DNA of 64,000 bases from an uncultured Gammaproteobacteria bacterium. GTDB lineage: Bacteria; Patescibacteriota; Microgenomatia; JALYQM01. The first letter of the stretch is position 1. Each line of letters begins with the position of its first letter. The stretch spans positions 90,054 through 154,053 of the forward strand of contig CAZHTP010000002.1 in assembly GCA_964535655.1 (NCBI GenBank), written 5' to 3'. Positions 29,182 through 37,684 of this stretch are shown here, one piece after another. The notes beneath the pieces are model-generated. The model saw only the letters and a program-made list of their open reading frames with translations. It was not told the DNA's origin and searched no databases. The translations under genes were made by a program, and so were the position numbers.

Positions 29182-30711
29182 ATGAATGCGATCATCTATA
29201 CCAGAGTTTCAACAGATGAACAAGTTAAGGGATTTAGCTTGGGTACTCAGCTAAAGGACTGTCGGGAGTTCTGTGAGTCAAAGGGCTGGACTGTAGTTGA
29301 CGTCTTTCAAGAAGAGGGTGAAAGCGGCACTACTGACAATAGACCTGAACTGAAACGAATGCTTGCGTATCTACAGAAGCATCGAGGTTTAATCCAGTAT
29401 GTTGTAGTCTGGAAGATTGATCGCATTTCACGCCTAATGAAAGACCATTTCAAGATAACGGAGCTTATCGAGGAATGTGGTAGTGTGGTTGTGAGTAAAA
29501 CCGAGTCTTTCGATAAGACACTGTCAGGAGAGCTACAGCAGCGGATACTACAGGTGTTTAGTGAGTATGACAATAAAGTACGAGCTGAGCGATCAGTCAC
29601 AGGTACAAGAGGCGGATTAGAGAATGGTATCTGGATGAGAGGCATTCCAACAGGTTATAAAGGTAGAGATGCTCACAAAGTGCCTTTAGTTGATCCTATC
29701 ATGGGACCAATACTTGCGGATATTCTGGTTACTTTTTCTCGGGGTAATCATGAAGTAAAGCAGATAACGGAGCTTGCGAAACAAAGAGGATTGCTGACTC
29801 CTAAAGACGAAGAGGTTTCCGATAAGACCATGCATAAAATACTTCGTAACCCTTTTTACTATGGTTGGCTGTCGATGCAAGGTAAAAAGATACAGTATGG
29901 CGGGTATGGCAAACACCAGCCTTTAATAGACAAAGACACGTTCTTTAAGATTCAGTCGGCTATGCTCAGTCATAACAACAGATCAAACACACGTCATCGT
30001 AATAGAGAGGAGTTCCCTCTTAAGAAGTTGTTGAGGTGTGGTGTTTGTGGAGGAGATTTAACAGCTGGTTCATCCCCTAACAAAAAGAAAGTACTCTACT
30101 GGTATTATCACTGCCAAAAGTCTGAGCATCTACGTATTCCAAAAGATCTCATAGAGAAGCAGTTTGAAACTATGTTGGAGCGTATTCGTCCTACCGAAGG
30201 GATATTGAACCTATTTCGTTTGGCCATTAGAAACTTGGTCAATGAGCGAATGGGTGATGCGATAACTAATGTTCAACGAGTTGATAAGGAGCTGACAGCA
30301 CTCCGTGATGAAAAAAACGGATACGTGAGGATGAGAGCGAGAAACGAGCTTGATGAAGCATTGTTCTTTCAAATGCTGAGAGAGGTTGATGCTAAGATCA
30401 ACAAAAAAGAGATGATTCGTGCTGAGATGCGAGAGGAAGAAGTTGATATTGATAAGCTATTAGCTCTCTATGAAAGCCTTTTCAAAAATGTGGCGATGTG
30501 GTGGAGAGAAGCACCGCTAGAGTATAAGCAACAGATGCAACATCTGGTATACCCAAAAGGCATAACAGTTATGTCGAAGCTTGGAGAAATACAACACCCT
30601 GAATTAGGCTTAGCGTTCGCAATAGTTGATTCTTTGCGAAGTGGTAGTGCCTTGAGTAGCCCCGAGGGGAATCGAACCCCTGATCTCCAGGATGAGAACC
30701 TGGCGTCCTAG
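29182..30711 (+). CDS. Large serine recombinase (integrase)
   Basis: N-terminal resolvase domain (IYTRVSTDEQ), recombinase domain and Cys-rich zinc ribbon (CGVCGGDLTAG...YWYYHCQKS). The last ~18 codons (..PEGNRTPDLQDENLAS*) are encoded by the antisense of tRNA-Glu. Confidence 0.85.
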   Translation: MNAIIYTRVSTDEQVKGFSLGTQLKDCREFCESKGWTVVDVFQEEGESGTTDNRPELKRMLAYLQKHRGLIQYVVVWKIDRISRLMKDHFKITELIEECGSVVVSKTESFDKTLSGELQQRILQVFSEYDNKVRAERSVTGTRGGLENGIWMRGIPTGYKGRDAHKVPLVDPIMGPILADILVTFSRGNHEVKQITELAKQRGLLTPKDEEVSDKTMHKILRNPFYYGWLSMQGKKIQYGGYGKHQPLIDKDTFFKIQSAMLSHNNRSNTRHRNREEFPLKKLLRCGVCGGDLTAGSSPNKKKVLYWYYHCQKSEHLRIPKDLIEKQFETMLERIRPTEGILNLFRLAIRNLVNERMGDAITNVQRVDKELTALRDEKNGYVRMRARNELDEALFFQMLREVDAKINKKEMIRAEMREEEVDIDKLLALYESLFKNVAMWWREAPLEYKQQMQHLVYPKGITVMSKLGEIQHPELGLAFAIVDSLRSGSALSSPEGNRTPDLQDENLAS

Positions 30712-30730
30712 GCCGCTAGACGACGGGGCC
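30657..30730 (-). tRNA. tRNA-Glu (anticodon CTC)
   Basis: Minus-strand cloverleaf GGCCCCG-TC-GTCT-AGCGGCCTAGGAC-G-CCAGG-TTCTCAT-CCTGG-AGATC-AGGGG-TTCGATT-CCCCT-CGGGGCT-A, very close to canonical bacterial tRNA-Glu. Confidence 0.8.
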
Positions 30731-30995
30731 ATATGTATCAGTTTCCGCAATTATACAAAAATCGCTCGAATATATCAATTGAATGGTATAATAAGCTCAA
30801 TATGCATGAGCAGCCATGCCAAACGCTGTGGGACGTTAACTATGCCCCACAAAAAGACCATACTTCAGTAGTAGCCTATATCGCAGGTTTTTTCGTAATA
30901 CTACTTCCGTTACTTCCATTTTTAATTGGAGCGTCCTTACACGACTTAAGTGCAGCAATAAGTATCGCCTATTTCTGTACGGTTACCGCTCTGGT

Positions 30996-33350
30996 TTAAT
31001 TTTCGTTACTTCCAACCAATTGTAATTCTTTCCAGAGTAGCTGACTTGATTCTTTACCTACAGCATTCACAGAGATTTGCTGCGTTAATTCACGCCATCG
31101 AGTGTGCTCTTCAATTGGTTTATTATCCTTACCAGTCATTTCTTCACTATAGTGAATTGTTCGGCGCCCAGTCGACTCGACAATTATATTCTGCTTTTCA
31201 AACGATTTCGTATCATTCTGGTAATGAATTACGGGCTGTGTAATATACACATATTCTTTTACAAGTTCCCACAGCACGTCATTTACGGCTTCATTTGTCT
31301 CAGAAACGGGAAGGCCAAGTGTTTGTGCTTCAAAATAAACAATTGGATAGTGTGCTGAAGGATATCCCTGAGTTAATTGAGTTATAATCTTTGCAATATC
31401 AGTATCGCTTCTTTTATTTTTTGTACTTAATTTCATTAAGTTTGTACAAATTCGTTGAGTTAGCGCAAATTGGCGTGCAGCGGCGGCAGTTACCAATGGA
31501 TGAAACGGCGATTGTGAAGGATCCATTACTGCAGGTTGATCATCTTTTTGCTTAACAGTTTTAGTGGGTGTTGTTGCTGATGCCTGGAATATCTCACTAA
31601 TTGGCACAGAAGCAGATTCTTCGTTTAGTGCTTTTTGTAAAAGCATATGCGAAAACGTGGTATCAATGGGTGATAAAAATCCAAATGGATTCATTAATAT
31701 TGAATCAGCCGCCAGCGCAAACATTGTTGTTGCCATTGTCGATTCTTCTGGCAATATAACGTGCATTTCTTCACAGAATTCACGGATAAGTGTTGCCATT
31801 CTCCAAACGACCGTACTATCAGTATCCTGGATGAATGGAATAACAAAGAGCGACTTTTTCCTTCCTAATTTTCGTAGGTGGCTATACAGATAGCGCATAT
31901 CCTCCATTGCTAATTTGGCTTGAGCGGCATAAAAAACAAGTACTTTCCCATGAAGTGATTCTTCAAGTCGTTCTATTGCTTCCTGGGTATGTTCCCATGC
32001 TACCGGTGGCTTTCGTTGAGGGGCCATTGCTGCGACAGGTGCTTGTCGGGGAGCCTGTTGTGAACGCCGATCTTCTCGTTGCGGCTGACGCGGTGTTTCA
32101 GATCGAACATTCTCTATTCGTTGTTCAGGTTGTGACCGATCTCCAACCGGCTCCGGTTGCTGATTTCGCGGCGGACGAGCTTGCTGATCTTCTTGTCGTG
32201 GCCGTTGTTCCTCCTGTCGAGTAGGTTGCTCTTGCGGAGGCCTCGGTGGCTGAGTATTTTGTCGTGGTTGCTCTTGTCTTTGTTTCTGCTCTTGTTTTGG
32301 TTGGTCAGGTCTTGTCGGCGCAGATTGGACTGGCTGTTGTGGCTCCGGTTGCTGATTTACTGTCTCTTGAACAGGCATCTCTTGTGGTTGCTGTGTTTGT
32401 TGTTTAGGTTGCTGTGGTGGTGCCGGCTGAACAGCAGATACCGGTTTTTGTTGTTTGGGTGTCGGTGGCGCGGCTTGTTGTTGAGGAGCAGGCTGGACCG
32501 GTTGCGGTTTAGGTGCTTGTTGCTTCGGAGCAGGTGGTCTCTGTGGTGGTTGTGCTGGCTGTTGTTGAGGCATTGGTTGTTTGAACACCGAGTCAAGTGA
32601 AGGCAATGAGGGCGGTTGATTTGATGCGGCGGCTGCCATTGGTTGATTAAGCGGTGGTAATCGCTGACCGCCTGCAGGTGCGGGTGCAGACATACTTGGC
32701 GTATTTAATGGTGGCAGCCCAGGTGCGCTATTAGCTCCCTCAGGAGCATCAAATTGCAAACCACTACTCTTAAGTAAGTCGTCCAAACTTGGTAGATCGA
32801 AATTATCGTTGGGGGCATTGACTTGACCTTGCTTACTAAACGGCAACGGTGGAACTTGGCTTTGTACGGCCTGAGGAAGAGGCGCTGGTGCGGGAGAATT
32901 TTGTAGTGTAGGTGGGATCGGTGTTGCCGTCGCCTGTTCGGCCGCGGGAGATACCCCGTTAGTATAACTCTCCCACGCTAAGTCGGTTATACGTTTATAA
33001 ATCAGGTCAAAAGGGGATTTACGCATCTCTCCCTTAAGCCGCTGATAGCTCGTCATTGTTACAGTATTGTTCCCCATGGAGTCAACTACACTTAATGTTA
33101 CATCAGGAACATTTGGGGATGCCCCCGAATCATGAATTATATTAGGCAATTGAAAAAAACCAGTCTCCCTGCAATATTGGAGAGTTCCCATAACTTTATT
33201 ACGATCAATTTGCCGTTCTACAATATCTGTATCAGATTCAAAAATAAGCATTCGTCCGTTGTCGTAAATCTCAACATCGCCAGCACGAGAATTTGGCGGT
33301 AAAAGGCCACCACTCATTTTTACTAGTATTGCTAGATTTGAAACTGGCAT
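30996..33350 (-). CDS. Three-part protein: N-terminal domain, ~250-aa Pro/Gln-rich low-complexity spacer, C-terminal SDH/ClpP-class (S49-like) protease-like domain with the catalytic Ser apparently substituted
   Basis: The C-terminal segment FVIPFIQDTDSTVVW...ESTMATTMFALAADSILMNPFGFLSPID parallels the SDH-family ...HYAMSGGTLIALAADEIVMD...GPVDP, with Ala replacing Ser. The start is placed at an internal Met because the longest ORF overlaps tRNA-Lys(TTT). Confidence 0.45.
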   Translation of the reverse strand: MPVSNLAILVKMSGGLLPPNSRAGDVEIYDNGRMLIFESDTDIVERQIDRNKVMGTLQYCRETGFFQLPNIIHDSGASPNVPDVTLSVVDSMGNNTVTMTSYQRLKGEMRKSPFDLIYKRITDLAWESYTNGVSPAAEQATATPIPPTLQNSPAPAPLPQAVQSQVPPLPFSKQGQVNAPNDNFDLPSLDDLLKSSGLQFDAPEGANSAPGLPPLNTPSMSAPAPAGGQRLPPLNQPMAAAASNQPPSLPSLDSVFKQPMPQQQPAQPPQRPPAPKQQAPKPQPVQPAPQQQAAPPTPKQQKPVSAVQPAPPQQPKQQTQQPQEMPVQETVNQQPEPQQPVQSAPTRPDQPKQEQKQRQEQPRQNTQPPRPPQEQPTRQEEQRPRQEDQQARPPRNQQPEPVGDRSQPEQRIENVRSETPRQPQREDRRSQQAPRQAPVAAMAPQRKPPVAWEHTQEAIERLEESLHGKVLVFYAAQAKLAMEDMRYLYSHLRKLGRKKSLFVIPFIQDTDSTVVWRMATLIREFCEEMHVILPEESTMATTMFALAADSILMNPFGFLSPIDTTFSHMLLQKALNEESASVPISEIFQASATTPTKTVKQKDDQPAVMDPSQSPFHPLVTAAAARQFALTQRICTNLMKLSTKNKRSDTDIAKIITQLTQGYPSAHYPIVYFEAQTLGLPVSETNEAVNDVLWELVKEYVYITQPVIHYQNDTKSFEKQNIIVESTGRRTIHYSEEMTGKDNKPIEEHTRWRELTQQISVNAVGKESSQLLWKELQLVGSNEN
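31900..32640 (-). repeat. Low-complexity coding repeat (Pro/Gln/Glu/Arg-rich, ctg/ttg/ggt-rich DNA) inside 30996..33350
   Basis: Reiterated QQPxPQ / PKQQ peptide units. Generates long spurious antisense ORFs. Confidence 0.7.
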
Positions 33351-33476
33351 ATAAAAAGAGTGTATCCAAGATCGACATCTCTTGTCAATTGACCGCTGCC
33401 AGTGATACAGTATCCTAATCCAAGCGTAGACGGGTGTATATATCTCTGATATAATCATCACCGAGGAAATAGCAAT

Positions 33477-33548
33477 GGGTCGGTAGCTCAATGGTAGAGC
33501 AGCAGCCTTTTAAGCTGTTGGTTCTGGGTTCGAATCCCAGCCGACCCA
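33477..33548 (+). tRNA. tRNA-Lys (anticodon TTT)
   Basis: GGGTCGG-TA-GCTC-AATGGTA-GAGC-A-GCAGC-CTTTTAA-GCTGT-TGGTT-CTGGG-TTCGAAT-CCCAG-CCGACCC-A. Confidence 0.85.
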
Positions 33549-33600
33549 CACTATACAGTTTTTCACCTTCAATACTTGCATCATCTGTTAAAATATATTC

Positions 33601-34260
33601 ATGATAATAAATAAAAATAAGGTCATTACTATCCCTAAGGGTTTACGTGATTCGGATAATTCTTTCATTTGCCCGTGCCCAGTATGTGTCGAAAAAATGT
33701 ATGCCGAAAAAAACGAACGTGCACAGATCGAACAAGCGAAAAGCATAATCTCAAATATTTTTGAAACTTCTTCGTTAAACGTTAACGATTTACAGATCAA
33801 TGTAGCGTATGCCGACGAAATACCGATTAAACATCGCCATAGCACTCGCAGTGAACTTAAAAGCGCACAATCTGGCGTAAAAATGATTGCTACTTTTACA
33901 GCACAGTTCAATAAGAAATATCGCCATCCATTAATTTGTAAATTAAATCAGTTAGCTGAAGATTTACAGGTAGATTTAGACGACTATAATACTATGGTCG
34001 AATATGGTGATCTTATTGAAAGTCGACTATGGAAATTTGAAAGCATTGCAAAAGATTTTGAAGAGTTGCGAAATATTCTTTTTGAAGTAAATTCAGAAAA
34101 TTTTCTTGAAATAGAAAGAGTGCAAACAATACTTATTAAAATAAATGAAATTAGTAAAGAAAATAAACTACAGTTAAAAAAGCTATTTATTAAGGCGTTA
34201 AAAATTCCGGAATTTGAGCCACATTGCACTGCCGAAGATTTTCGATTAACCTATTACTAA
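33601..34260 (+). CDS. Hypothetical protein (219 aa) with an N-terminal CPCPVC motif
   Basis: ORF with coding-like composition and no recognisable domain. Confidence 0.4.
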   Translation: MIINKNKVITIPKGLRDSDNSFICPCPVCVEKMYAEKNERAQIEQAKSIISNIFETSSLNVNDLQINVAYADEIPIKHRHSTRSELKSAQSGVKMIATFTAQFNKKYRHPLICKLNQLAEDLQVDLDDYNTMVEYGDLIESRLWKFESIAKDFEELRNILFEVNSENFLEIERVQTILIKINEISKENKLQLKKLFIKALKIPEFEPHCTAEDFRLTYY

Positions 34261-34261
34261 T

Positions 34262-34714
34262 ATGAAACGTCTCCTAACACTAATCTTGCTGTGCGTCGGC
34301 GTTCTCGCTTTTATAGTATGGTCCTATCAGCGTAAAGAAGTTATTGGTAAAAAATATCTCAAAATTAATAATGTTGAAGTAATAGTTGAGTTAGCTCGCT
34401 CCGACGCGGAAAGAGCAAAAGGTCTTGGGTACCGGGATTCTTTGCCCGAAAATACTGGAATGCTTTTTGTTTTTAATGATCCAAAGCGCTGGGATTTTTG
34501 GATGGAAGGAATGCGTTTTGGTCTGGATTTCCTTTGGATAGAAAATGAAAGGGTAGTCGACATTACCGAGAGTGTTCCACCACCAAGCGAAACTGGAAAT
34601 GTTCCTGTATTTGTCCGGCCAAGAGCTGAAGTTCATTATGTTCTTGAAGTTAATAAAGGTTGGATTCAGCGACACGGACTGGCCATCGGAGATCGAGTGG
34701 AATTTCACATCTAG
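34262..34714 (+). CDS. DUF192 (COG1430) family protein
   Basis: N-terminal TM helix plus the conserved ...GLGYRDSLPENTGMLFVF...WMEGMRFGLDFLWI... pattern typical of DUF192. Confidence 0.6.
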   Translation: MKRLLTLILLCVGVLAFIVWSYQRKEVIGKKYLKINNVEVIVELARSDAERAKGLGYRDSLPENTGMLFVFNDPKRWDFWMEGMRFGLDFLWIENERVVDITESVPPPSETGNVPVFVRPRAEVHYVLEVNKGWIQRHGLAIGDRVEFHI

Positions 34715-34918
34715 CGTAGGGCATGGTACAACTATCGTCCTTGAGGAGGCGCACGATGGCAAACTTATTAGCAGCAATATTGTGTTCTTTATTGGATGGA
34801 CATCCACTCTATGGGGGCTCCCTGCATTAAAATCACTTTTAAAAGGTGCTTCTAAATCTCAATAGCCATTTACAGTCTCTCCCAACTACTTCTATAATAA
34901 GTATCACGGAGATACGCA

Positions 34919-36556
34919 ATGTTTGAACGTCCTATAGTTAAAATAACATTTGTTGTAAATACAAATGTATCTGTATCTTCACGAGATCTCGTGGAGGTGC
35001 GTAGTCTTTATGGAGAACTAAATCCCATTGATTCTGGTTCCTATTTTGAGACACTGCTGATTAACCGTTGGACAAAAGAAAAAATCTCTTACGATAAATT
35101 CTCTCAAAGCTATTACTATTCTTCAATTAATGATTCGTACAAGAAACTACCAGTTTCCCAGTATTTGCAGAGTCTTTCAATATGCACTCCTGAAATCATT
35201 ACGCGAATCATGAGTAAAGTTGAATCTATACGTAGGGAACATCCTTCTGCACAGCAAGTTGTCTTAACGCTTAGTATGAATAATGAACTAAGTGTCAATT
35301 CATTTATTGCTAACACTGATCGAATACTGCATTTTTCTCGAAGTAAAAACGACTTACAGGAAATACGTACTGGCAGCAAGAATGGCTCCGGTGTTGCGTT
35401 AGGTATGTATAAGCGAATATATAAAAAATCGGATACCTTTAGATTAGCAAAAAATACTATTATTGCGGGACCGTACGAAATTGTTAAAAACTGTGCTGAC
35501 AAACGAATTATTGGTCTCATTGTAATCCATGACGCAAAGCATCCCCACCAACACCTATCATTTTCAGGACCAAAAATAACCATCGACAGTAAATCTCTTA
35601 AAGGTCTTAAAGATGGAACCATTATCTCTCTAAATACAAGTAAAGGGGAGATTATACGTATAGGAAAAGTTCCTTCACCCAACAAACCAAAAAAGATAAC
35701 GCATAACGTATTTTATGAAGATTTTTCAATTCAAAATGGAAAATCAATCCAAGAGGCAAAAGGATATAGTTTTCTCAATGGAATGGAGTTGGTAAGGTCA
35801 ATTTTAAAGAATCATACGTCTGGTAGTTATACAGATGCCTTAGTTCATTATTTTATTCATGATCTAAAACTTAAGCCCGAAAAACCACTTCTGTATCAAT
35901 CATTATGTGTTAGTTCAGGATCTAAACATATTTTTGGAAAATCAGGTGGCCAGTATATTAGAGAAAACCCAGATTTTTTTATTGAAGAATTGGCGGCACT
36001 GCACAGGTTATTGTACATATATAATTTTATAGATATCACTCTCACACTTCCTTTTATTCGAACAGTTAAAGAACTCGAAGATGTTAAAAAACTAGTTATT
36101 CGTGAAAAACTGACAAGGTCGCATAAATTTAAACTCTTTATTACTCTTCAAGTACCATCTACAATTTTACAGTTAGAGGAGTATTTAGATGTCGGAATAG
36201 ATGGACTAATTATCGACCTGCAATGTCTTACTGACTTAACTTTAGGGATTGATTCACACGTATTTAAAAAGGATTACAAAAAAGCAGAGCATTCATATGC
36301 TTTTATGCAAGAGATCTATCAAAAAAATGATGGGGCTGGAGTAATCCAATTAAAGTATCTTGAAACAAATGGCATTACACTGGATTCAGCGATACAAAAA
36401 ATGATAAATCACTGCAATGAAGTGGCATCACGCAGAAGAATACCCTTGTTTGTATATATCCCTGATAGTTTTGAAGAAGAAGTTGAACAGGAAATTAAGA
36501 AGCAAACGCATCCCTTCGTTCCTCATAAGCTGGTGATCCATAGCCAGCATGTCTAA
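34919..36556 (+). CDS. Divergent PEP-utilizing-enzyme family protein (Enzyme I / PEP synthase-like: mobile His domain plus PEP-binding TIM-barrel domain, no ATP-grasp domain)
   Basis: GLIVIHDAKHPHQHLSFSGPKITIDSKSLKGLKDGTIISLNTSKGEI resembles the phospho-His swivelling domain. KLFITLQVPSTILQLEEYLDVGIDGLIIDLQCLTDLTLGI resembles the C-terminal IMIEIPSAA...VDFFSIGTNDLTQ region, but is degenerate. Confidence 0.45.
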   Translation: MFERPIVKITFVVNTNVSVSSRDLVEVRSLYGELNPIDSGSYFETLLINRWTKEKISYDKFSQSYYYSSINDSYKKLPVSQYLQSLSICTPEIITRIMSKVESIRREHPSAQQVVLTLSMNNELSVNSFIANTDRILHFSRSKNDLQEIRTGSKNGSGVALGMYKRIYKKSDTFRLAKNTIIAGPYEIVKNCADKRIIGLIVIHDAKHPHQHLSFSGPKITIDSKSLKGLKDGTIISLNTSKGEIIRIGKVPSPNKPKKITHNVFYEDFSIQNGKSIQEAKGYSFLNGMELVRSILKNHTSGSYTDALVHYFIHDLKLKPEKPLLYQSLCVSSGSKHIFGKSGGQYIRENPDFFIEELAALHRLLYIYNFIDITLTLPFIRTVKELEDVKKLVIREKLTRSHKFKLFITLQVPSTILQLEEYLDVGIDGLIIDLQCLTDLTLGIDSHVFKKDYKKAEHSYAFMQEIYQKNDGAGVIQLKYLETNGITLDSAIQKMINHCNEVASRRRIPLFVYIPDSFEEEVEQEIKKQTHPFVPHKLVIHSQHV

Positions 36557-36562
36557 AATATT

Positions 36563-37684
36563 ATGTATAAAATTGAAAAACTTACTGCTACTAAAATCCA
36601 ACACGGCCATAAACTGCAGCTAAATGTTGCGATTAAACTGGATAACGGTCTTCTAGTCCAAGGTGATATACCAGTATATAGTTCTAATCCCGAGGGAGAT
36701 ATCACTAAAGCCCTTGGCTTAATAAATGACATTATTGCGCAAATATTTGATGGAATAAATCCATTGCATCAAAAAGAACTCGATAAAATGCTTACAGAGT
36801 TAACCACCGTACACAATCAGGATGTTCTCGCGATAAATATTTCTTTAGGAATCTCTCTTATCCTACTAAAGGCTGCCGCTGCTTTACATAATAAACCGGT
36901 GCGGACATATCTCCAAACGATATACAGTTTAAAACAACCGTCAAGCAGGCGGATAGTGCCTGTTTTCAAATGTATAGCAGATAAAAGAGAACAAGGCCAA
37001 TTCAAAGAATTTTCAATTATACCGTCGCGAGCGTTTAGTATTGCCAAAGATTTTGAAATTTTTCGAAAAGTTAAGGCCGCCCTCGATGCAGAAATCAATA
37101 CTCCATCTGAGGTAATGAATACAGTACAACTTGAGATATTGCAAAATAAGATTTCTGAACTGGGATATACGCCTCATCGCGATATTTTTATTGGCATTAA
37201 GCCAGAATTATGTCAGGTAGCAGATAGTGAGTTTATCTGTAATGATATGGTAGGAAACGCGACACAAGATCAAATAATAGAATATTTTAGAGAGATCCAA
37301 ACGTTGTATGCCCCACTCATTACTGAAAACCCTTTCATTTATCACACGTTTAGTCCATACGCTGCGTTACATAAAGAAATTGGGGAGCAATCAATTCTCA
37401 CACTGAATACGGATATTATTAATAGTGCACATAAATGTAAGTATTTTGCTTCACTGATGCCAGGATCTATGCTTGCACTATATCCACCAAGTATCAAAAC
37501 AGTATCGCACTGTATTGAGTTAATCAAATTAGCCGAAGGAAATGATCTAAAAATAATGGTAGATACAAGTGGAATAAAAGGGAGCACTACGTTATCGGCT
37601 ATTGCCGAAGCCTTTGCTTGTGATTTTATCAAAATCGATTCGTGTACCGAGCAAGCAGAAAAGGAATTTTCTTATGTTGAATAA
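36563..37684 (+). CDS. Divergent enolase-superfamily protein (373 aa; shortened, several catalytic positions not conserved)
   Basis: N-terminus IEKLTATKIQHGHKLQLNVAIKLDNG ~ the enolase N-terminal beta-hairpin. AINISLGISLILLKAAAALHNKPVRTYL ~ GANAILAVSLAVAKAAA...PLYRYL. The C-terminus VDTSGIKGSTTLSAIAEAFACDFIKIDS ~ SHRSGETEDTTIADLAV...GQIKTGS. Confidence 0.5.
   Translation: MYKIEKLTATKIQHGHKLQLNVAIKLDNGLLVQGDIPVYSSNPEGDITKALGLINDIIAQIFDGINPLHQKELDKMLTELTTVHNQDVLAINISLGISLILLKAAAALHNKPVRTYLQTIYSLKQPSSRRIVPVFKCIADKREQGQFKEFSIIPSRAFSIAKDFEIFRKVKAALDAEINTPSEVMNTVQLEILQNKISELGYTPHRDIFIGIKPELCQVADSEFICNDMVGNATQDQIIEYFREIQTLYAPLITENPFIYHTFSPYAALHKEIGEQSILTLNTDIINSAHKCKYFASLMPGSMLALYPPSIKTVSHCIELIKLAEGNDLKIMVDTSGIKGSTTLSAIAEAFACDFIKIDSCTEQAEKEFSYVE

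Larger units (their letters stand above)
25170..30730. mobile_element. Putative tRNA-Glu-associated integrative element carrying a large serine recombinase. The left boundary is not defined
   Basis: The recombinase gene runs antisense into tRNA-Glu and takes its last 55 nt from it. Cargo includes a GC-rich foreign gene, a 536-aa candidate replication protein, and a degenerate resolvase paralog. Local GC is higher than the flanks. Confidence 0.55.

Noticed and set aside
30733-30999. 88-aa ORF immediately beyond tRNA-Glu
   Set aside because: Short hydrophobic product in a junction region with no RBS or homology signal. Kept out of the feature list as unsupported.
31907-32600. Long ORFs (105, 147, 79 aa) within and opposite the Pro/Gln repeat
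   Set aside because: Artefacts of the low-complexity ctg/ttg repeat. Their products are Leu/Arg/Trp homopolymer-like.
37602-37673. Longer start for gpmI overlapping the enolase-like gene by 83 nt
   Set aside because: iPGM homology starts at MLNKPVKPVVLLIFDGFG. The extension has no similarity.
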